Assembly: GCA_000991245.1 (NCBI GenBank)
Contig: LBRD01000005.1
Coordinates: 10,944-74,943, forward strand
Source: Parcubacteria group bacterium GW2011_GWC1_36_108
Lineage (GTDB): Bacteria > Patescibacteriota > Minisyncoccia > Moranbacterales > GWC2-37-73
DNA length: 64,000 nucleotides
Direction: 5' to 3'
Positions within the stretch are counted from its first letter, which is position 1, and every line of letters begins with the position of its first letter. Below are positions 58,134-64,000 of this stretch, piece after piece. The position numbers and the translations under genes were made by a program. The notes under the pieces are model-generated. The model worked only from the letters and a program-made list of their open reading frames with translations, was not told the origin of the DNA and made no database searches.

Positions 58134-58943
58134 TTATTTTTTACCTCCATTGATTACTAACATTGCCTTATCCTTAATTGATTTTGGAGCATCGGGATGA
58201 TTTTTGCCAGAAGGATATGCCCAAATGGCATCGAACAAAACTTTTTCATCATATCGATAATTCTCTCCCCTTTTCGTCCCTGGGTCGTTGGTAATAAATT
58301 CTTTTGTTTTTGCGTCATAATCAACAAGCACAAGCATATGTGTGATTGGTCCCGGCTCCGTGAAGTTCGGATTTTTAAGAGCGCGCCCAAAAATTGGAAC
58401 CAAAATAATATTTTGTTTTGCAAGTTCTTTTTTCAAATCATCCAAAATAAAGCTCTTACTGATTGTGAAATTTTTAAAACCATAAAAATCAACGAGAATC
58501 TTACCAACATCTGAAACATCCGTGTCAATAAAATATCCGAAAGTTTTTTCTTCAAATTTCGAGATATCAAATATTTCTTGCTGAGCATCATTCGGCGAAG
58601 AAAAAGATTTACCTTTAATCCACCTCATTGCCATAGCCACCGATGCCTCCTCGCAACCATTTTGGTTTCGCTCATCACTCCAATCGCCCAACGGAGCTTG
58701 CGAAGTAAACGGGACTTTGTTTTTTTCTACTGGCTTAATTTGAACTTGTTCTTCCTTTTGTTTTTCAACTAACTGACTTTTTTTCTCATTTTCATTTTGA
58801 ACATTTTTTTCTTCTGGCAAAATTTGCCTTTGATCATTAACGTCTTGTTTTTCTTGCGCAAAATTTTCGCCCCGAAAAAACAAACCCGCAAATAATGCTG
58901 CAATTAAAAATACTATTCCAAAAAAAATCTTTCGCTTATTCAT
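58134..58943 (-). CDS. exported C39-like peptidase
   Basis: VPFTSQAP, GCEEAS (Cys), HMLVL (His), ITNDPG (Asp). Confidence 0.88.
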   Translation of the reverse strand: MNKRKIFFGIVFLIAALFAGLFFRGENFAQEKQDVNDQRQILPEEKNVQNENEKKSQLVEKQKEEQVQIKPVEKNKVPFTSQAPLGDWSDERNQNGCEEASVAMAMRWIKGKSFSSPNDAQQEIFDISKFEEKTFGYFIDTDVSDVGKILVDFYGFKNFTISKSFILDDLKKELAKQNIILVPIFGRALKNPNFTEPGPITHMLVLVDYDAKTKEFITNDPGTKRGENYRYDEKVLFDAIWAYPSGKNHPDAPKSIKDKAMLVINGGKK

Positions 58944-59019
58944 AAATCAATTATACATCTTAACAATAAATGCGCCACATAAAACAAAAAGATATCCGAA
59001 GATATCTTTTTGCATTCAA

Positions 59020-59955
59020 TTATCCAATGAGACTTTTGTAGTTTTCAGCCCAATAGAGAATTTGATTTGCATACCAATCATATTGATATGAAGTTGTGCC
59101 AGAAAGATACAATTTGGCTGCTCTTTTTTCGGCAAGCCTGTTGTGATCCGTCACTCCATAAACATCAGAAAGTTTGAGAGCCACAGCGACTGCAGCATCT
59201 TTCTCGTTCCATGGATCAGGATTTTCCTTCCCTACGACAGCTGAGATGCGATCTTTATATTCCATCCAAGTGTCTGGCATAAATTGTGGAATTCCCATTG
59301 CACCGCCTGTTCCAGCATATGAGCCTGGGTTACATGAGACATTCAATTTTTTGTAGTCATATCCTAAGCTTCCTGCAACATCCTTAATGATCTCTCTACG
59401 CTCTTGGAAAGTTTTCCATGCTCGCGTACTGAGGTAACCATTTTGATGATTGGCTTTTGCACCTTCTTCCACTTCCTGATAGGTACATTCTCCATGATTT
59501 CTGCCTAGGTCAGATTCGACCACTAACAAACCTATAATGAAATTTTTTCGAACACCTGTAGCTTCAGCTGCAAATTCAGCAGCTTTTTCTATCTCAGCAG
59601 GATCAGTGACGACCTTGGGGACAGCTGAGTTTGTTGAGATAAGTTGAATCAACTTTTTCTCATTTTTATCCTCTTTTTTTGTTTCAACCTCTGCATTTGC
59701 AGCAGGATTTTCAATTGTAACCTTTCTTACTTTGGTTATTTTTTCTTTCGAAAATCTTAACAGACTTTGCACTGGCGACTCAGATGCTTGTGCATCAGGA
59801 GTAAGCAAGAACAAGGAGCAAATAGCCACAAATAAAGCCACATTGCGCCCAGATAAAACACTTTTTGTAATACTAATAAGTTTGTTTTTAATAATTACTT
59901 CTTTGCTTGCTTTATCGACAAAACAAACAATTTTTATTTTTAGGCTCTGCAGCAA
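59020..59955 (-). CDS. lytic murein transglycosylase-like protein (start uncertain)
   Basis: VES catalytic Glu, GGAMGIPQFMPDTW, DPWNEKDA. Confidence 0.85.
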   Translation of the reverse strand: MLQSLKIKIVCFVDKASKEVIIKNKLISITKSVLSGRNVALFVAICSLFLLTPDAQASESPVQSLLRFSKEKITKVRKVTIENPAANAEVETKKEDKNEKKLIQLISTNSAVPKVVTDPAEIEKAAEFAAEATGVRKNFIIGLLVVESDLGRNHGECTYQEVEEGAKANHQNGYLSTRAWKTFQERREIIKDVAGSLGYDYKKLNVSCNPGSYAGTGGAMGIPQFMPDTWMEYKDRISAVVGKENPDPWNEKDAAVAVALKLSDVYGVTDHNRLAEKRAAKLYLSGTTSYQYDWYANQILYWAENYKSLIG

Positions 59956-60104
59956 AATAATTTGTGCAATTCGTGCTCAGATTTGCGTCAGATTTGTTCT
60001 AAAAAAATCTGAAAGATATCGAGATACCTTGAAGATTTTTTTAGGCAAAGATGACGTGAAGATGAGTTGCGAGGTATATAAATTATTTTACTGCAGAGAC
60101 TTAG
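59940..60104. mobile_element. MITE-like long hairpin with 19-bp TIR and flanking TTAG duplication
   Basis: CTCTGCAGCAAAATAATTT (59945-59963) / AAATTATTTTACTGCAGAG (60080-60098); TTAG at 59940 and 60101. Confidence 0.75.
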
Positions 60105-60156
60105 ACTAAAACAAAAAAGAGTTCCATACGGAACCTTTTTCATATTGTCACAAACT

Positions 60157-60185
60157 AGTATAAGATATAACGTGTTTTTTGTCAA
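60157..60185 (-). promoter_or_regulatory. sigma70 promoter upstream of the transglycosylase locus
   Basis: TTGACA (60185-60180), 17 bp, TATACT (60162-60157). Confidence 0.7.
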
Positions 60186-60226
60186 TCCCGAGCTACCAAT
60201 TTTTAATCAAACAATGTGCGTTGTTT

Positions 60227-61168
60227 TTACAATTTCTTTTTTCGCATAACATACATCGGCCTATTGATAACCTCCTTGTGAATATTGGCAATATAAAGCG
60301 CCATCAGTCCGATAGAAATCAAGATAATTCCAACCAAAAAGACCAAAAGGATTGCTAAATTTTCCGCATCGGAAAATGTTGATGCAAACGGAGTGCGAAA
60401 AAAATATTTACCCAATAAAATATAAAAACCTGCCAAACCAGAAACTAAGGTAATCACAATTCCCAGATTTCCAGCTAATTGTAATGGAAACAAGCTCAAT
60501 GAAACAAAGCTGTTCATCGCTAATTTAAAAAGCTTCCAAAAACTATAACTAGCATTTCCATGAATTCTTTCATTGGCATTAAAATTAATATACGCGCGCC
60601 TGAATCCCAACCAATCAACCAGTGCTCTTGTCATTCTATTTGTTTCCGTAAGACGATTAAATTCATCAACAACAACTCTATCAAGTAAGCGATAATCTGT
60701 AGCATTGGGAATAATTTCAATTTCAGCAATTTTGTTAATTACCTTATAAAAAATATTCGAACCTATTTTCTTAAAAAATCCGTTGCTTTTATTCTTATTT
60801 CTAATTCCCACAACCACTTCGGCGCCATTTTCCCATTTAGCAATAAATTCAGGAATAAGTTCGACTGGATGTTGCAAATCACCGTCAAGCATAATGCAAG
60901 CGTCCCCATCGCAATTATTCAAGCCTGCCGTGGTGGCAACTTCTTTGCCGAAATTTCTTGAAAAATCAATAAATTTAACGTCTTGATCTACCTGGGCCAA
61001 TTTTTCCATTTCACCAATAGTATTATCTAAACTGCCATCATTAATAAAAAGAATATTAAAAACATATTTATCGGAGCATTTTTTAAAAACTTCTTGCAAC
61101 TCAATATAAATAAGAGGAATGTTTTTTTCCTCATTATAAGCCGGAATAATAATCGAGATTTTTTTCAT
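60227..61168 (-). CDS. GT2 glycosyltransferase (GtrB/bactoprenol glucosyltransferase-like)
   Basis: IIIPAYNEE, NDGS, FSRNFGKE, DGDLQHP, two C-terminal TM helices. Confidence 0.93.
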   Translation of the reverse strand: MKKISIIIPAYNEEKNIPLIYIELQEVFKKCSDKYVFNILFINDGSLDNTIGEMEKLAQVDQDVKFIDFSRNFGKEVATTAGLNNCDGDACIMLDGDLQHPVELIPEFIAKWENGAEVVVGIRNKNKSNGFFKKIGSNIFYKVINKIAEIEIIPNATDYRLLDRVVVDEFNRLTETNRMTRALVDWLGFRRAYINFNANERIHGNASYSFWKLFKLAMNSFVSLSLFPLQLAGNLGIVITLVSGLAGFYILLGKYFFRTPFASTFSDAENLAILLVFLVGIILISIGLMALYIANIHKEVINRPMYVMRKKKL

Positions 61169-61285
61169 AATCCTTTTGCTTCATTTATCAGTATTAAAAG
61201 TATATCACAATTAAGCGTTCAGTAAAGCACTTTGGATACATACAAAAAAGCGTCACTAAGACGCTTTTTAATGGAAACCGATAAT

Positions 61286-61501
61286 TTATCTCATATTACC
61301 ACCACACATTTTGCATATTCCTTTGTGAATCACGACTTCATTAATTGCGGAAACACCAACAAGAACATATATTATCTTGGAAACAAGTGCCATCTGTCCC
61401 CCAAATAGCATCCCAATTTCCCACCCAAACAGTCCCAACAAGAGCCAATTAAGACCACCGATCACGAGCAATGTAAACGTGACCATATGTAAGCTTTTCA
61501 T
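61286..61501 (-). CDS. DUF378-family small membrane protein
   Basis: LLVIGGLNWLLLG, IIYVLVGVSA. Confidence 0.88.
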   Translation of the reverse strand: MKSLHMVTFTLLVIGGLNWLLLGLFGWEIGMLFGGQMALVSKIIYVLVGVSAINEVVIHKGICKMCGGNMR

Positions 61502-61708
61502 ATATTTTTAACCTTGTTACATTCCAAAAATTGGTAATGTTTAACCAGGTTGTATACAATTTTAAAATCTACGCTTCTAAACAGGCGTCGACCACATCCT
61601 GAATAGTTTGTTATTAATATACAATTAAAAATGCTTTTGCTTTCAAAACAAAAGACAGGTTTTAACCTGCCTTTATGTCTTATGCTTTTTCTATCCAAAC
61701 TATAAATT

Positions 61709-61842
61709 TAGGACTTACGCATTTTCTCAACTATTTCTTATTTGGCACGCTTTTGGATAAATACTCACTATCCAAAAGCTCAAGAGTCGCTGTCGCCAAC
61801 TACTGGCCAAAAAAGAAATGATTCGAAATGCGTAACTTCTGA
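61709..61842. repeat. dispersed palindromic element family A, copy 3 (inverted)
   Basis: TAGGACTTACGCATTTTCTCAAC...GCGTAACTTCTGA; reverse complement of the 1144-1278 copy. Confidence 0.9.
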
Positions 61843-61847
61843 TATTA

Positions 61848-62546
61848 TTAGTTCGAAATTAGCTTATTTAACCATCCAAACAAACTAATTCCTTCTTGTG
61901 CATTCAAAAGTAATGTCTCAATTTCTTGATTAGCTTGTTCTAAAACTTTAACTTGCTGTGTTAATTGCTGTTGATCTCCTTCGTTTGAAAGTTGTGTCTT
62001 AAGCTGATTAAGTTGACGAATTTGTTCCTTGTTTTGATTTAATGTTTCTTGGGACGTTTTTATCTCACCGTAGTTTGGTCCAACAAAAAATTTAGCAACG
62101 CCTCCACGACTCTCTATCTTTTCAATGCTTTTTTCAAGTTTAACTTGATTTTGATTCTGATTCTGAGCAATAACTTTTACCTGTTGTCCAATTCCTCCAG
62201 TTCTGTCAGCTAATTGAATCATTGCCTGAACTGCATTAGCAACCATACTTCTTTTTTGTGCTGCATTAGCGCCAGCATTTGAGTTTCCATTACCTGCCGA
62301 ATTTACAGCACCACCCATTGTTGGTTGAGCAGCATTTTTATCTTGAGTTTGAACTTGTGTAGTTTCTCCTTGATTCATCACTTTGTTTTGTTCCTGGGTT
62401 GGAGAAGTTTTTTCAACTTGACCAGTTGGAGCCTGTACTACTGTTGGCTCAACTTTTGCTTCTTGTTTTGGAGCTGTGTTTGCTGCTTGAGCCTGAAGAA
62501 CAAATCCAAACATCAGCAGCGATGCTGCGAACATTGTTTTTTTCAT
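61848..62546 (-). CDS. secreted Q/N-rich coiled-coil protein
   Basis: Signal peptide ending VLQAQA; GGIGQQVKVIAQ motif. Confidence 0.8.
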   Translation of the reverse strand: MKKTMFAASLLMFGFVLQAQAANTAPKQEAKVEPTVVQAPTGQVEKTSPTQEQNKVMNQGETTQVQTQDKNAAQPTMGGAVNSAGNGNSNAGANAAQKRSMVANAVQAMIQLADRTGGIGQQVKVIAQNQNQNQVKLEKSIEKIESRGGVAKFFVGPNYGEIKTSQETLNQNKEQIRQLNQLKTQLSNEGDQQQLTQQVKVLEQANQEIETLLLNAQEGISLFGWLNKLISN

Positions 62547-62648
62547 TGTTTTTATATTAAATAATTACTACATTAATTATACATCTTTTTTGATATTAAG
62601 TAAATCATTTTTTATTACAAAACGAATTTTCAATTACAAACCAACTAT

Positions 62649-63629
62649 TTATTTCAAGTATTTTTCAATATTTTCTTTGTGCTCTTCAAATGTTTTTGCG
62701 CAATAAATTTGCTTATTACTATCGTGAATATAAAACAAACAATCAGTTTCTATAGGATTAACAATAGCTTCAATTGCATCAAGCCCAGGGTTGCCAATCG
62801 GATATGGCGGAAGTCCCTTGTATTTATATGTGTTATATGGAGAATCAATATTGACGATGTCCGTGGATTTGATTGGTGCCCACCAACCAGTATCTGTTTT
62901 GCCTCGCGCATATTGCACTGTCGCATCAATTTCCAGATTCATATCTTGATTAAGCCTATTCCAAAGTATTCCAGCAATAAGTGGCATATCATCTTTTCCT
63001 GCAGCTTCTCTTTGCACAATTGAAGCTAATTTAAGTCCAGTTGTCCATTTGATGTTCTGCTGGACAAACTGACTAATATATGGGGCGAATTGCTCATCAA
63101 AACGCCGAGTCATCCTATTAGCAATATCAAATCCTTTTTCATCAACCGGAATCAAATATGTATCTGGAAAATATGTGCCTTCAATATAATCAATATTCAT
63201 TTTCGTGTATTCCGTATTCCACTTGTCCAATTCTTCATCGCTCCAGCCAAATGTGTCCGCCAGCTTTTCCCCAATTTGTTCTTTTCTATAACCTTCTGGA
63301 ATAACAACCCATTTCATGTCAGGAGCAAAAGTGAGTTTTCCAGCCAATTGCCAAGCACTCATATTTTTTGAAACATTGTAACCACCAGCTTTAATATCTC
63401 CTTTTTTGAAAAATCGAACCAGCTTAAATGCAACTTTATTTTTTATAAAGCCCTGATTTTTCAACTTATCCAAAGTTTGTGTTTCAGTTTGATTGCGATT
63501 CACAATAAAAACTTTTTTCTCCTCTAGAGATTGTGACGCACCAAAAAATAAAAAGTATATAAGAAAAATACCCCCAATTGCAATCGCAATCAGCCCCGCA
63601 ATTGCACCAATTTTCTTCTTATTTTCCAT
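62649..63629 (-). CDS. mltG: endolytic transglycosylase MltG
   Basis: IPEG, EGTYFPDTY, LASIVQRE, DATVQY, SPYNTYKYKGLPPYPIGNPG. Confidence 0.95.
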   Translation of the reverse strand: MENKKKIGAIAGLIAIAIGGIFLIYFLFFGASQSLEEKKVFIVNRNQTETQTLDKLKNQGFIKNKVAFKLVRFFKKGDIKAGGYNVSKNMSAWQLAGKLTFAPDMKWVVIPEGYRKEQIGEKLADTFGWSDEELDKWNTEYTKMNIDYIEGTYFPDTYLIPVDEKGFDIANRMTRRFDEQFAPYISQFVQQNIKWTTGLKLASIVQREAAGKDDMPLIAGILWNRLNQDMNLEIDATVQYARGKTDTGWWAPIKSTDIVNIDSPYNTYKYKGLPPYPIGNPGLDAIEAIVNPIETDCLFYIHDSNKQIYCAKTFEEHKENIEKYLK

Positions 63630-63631
63630 TT

Positions 63632-64000
63632 CTACTCTTTTTTATTAAATCCCTCTAAGGATTTAAGAATTTCCAAAGGAATTGCAAAAATGACAGTGTT
63701 GGACTGATCCGAACTAAGATCATTTAAAGTGCTCAAAGTACGCAAGTGCAATGCTCCATCAGCCTTGTTAAGAACATTTGCCGCCTTGGCCAAATTTTCC
63801 GCAGCAATAACTTCTCCTTCAGCTTTAATAATAACCGATCTTTTTTCTCTTTCAGCTTCTGCCTGTTTTCCGATAACTCTTTTCATTTCTTCAGGCAAAG
63901 TAACATCCTTGAGTTCAACAGAATGAACTTCAATTCCCCAAGCATCCGTGGCTTTGTCTACGCTTAATCTAATTTTTTCAGCGATGGTGTCACGATTAGA
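63632..64000 (-). CDS. SPFH/band-7 (slipin/stomatin-like) protein, 3' part only
   Basis: WGIEVHSVELKDVTLPEEMKR, QAEAEREKR, LHLRTL. Confidence 0.9.
   Translation of the reverse strand, partial: SNRDTIAEKIRLSVDKATDAWGIEVHSVELKDVTLPEEMKRVIGKQAEAEREKRSVIIKAEGEVIAAENLAKAANVLNKADGALHLRTLSTLNDLSSDQSNTVIFAIPLEILKSLEGFNKKE

Noticed and set aside
1-64000. Recoding of TGA (genetic code 25) and tRNA/rRNA genes
   Set aside because: Conserved genes such as murB end at TGA and long ORFs are intact in code 11. I saw no tRNA cloverleaf or rRNA-like sequence by eye; tRNAscan-SE/Infernal were not run.

Overview
AT-rich bacterial chromosomal window (code 11; TGA is used as a stop) whose gene content and Shine-Dalgarno-less housekeeping starts point to a Patescibacteria/CPR (Parcubacteria-like) genome; this assignment is inference. 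Housekeeping genes: recJ, ADP-forming acyl-CoA synthetase, hrcA-grpE-dnaK with a displaced dnaJ (two CIRCE sites), yidD, corA, cysS, dnaB, recR, rplU, alaS, mnmA, pheST, tyrS, secDF, secA, hpf, murB, a P-type ATPase and mltG. There is also a 1266-aa repeat fibre protein. I found no rRNA, tRNA, CRISPR array or transposase. The main unexplained structure is non-coding. (1) About eight self-contained orphan/accessory-gene units share one design: sigma70 promoter, boxA-like 12-mer, strong SD, ORF, terminator; two further promoter-terminator units carry no ORF. (2) A four-helix-bundle gene is enclosed by heptamer inverted repeats, and the same arms occur twice as empty hairpins. (3) Several dispersed palindromic element families show compensatory changes; one abuts start codons, one sits in a broken cutA, and one has a 4-bp duplication at the 5' end of a transglycosylase gene.
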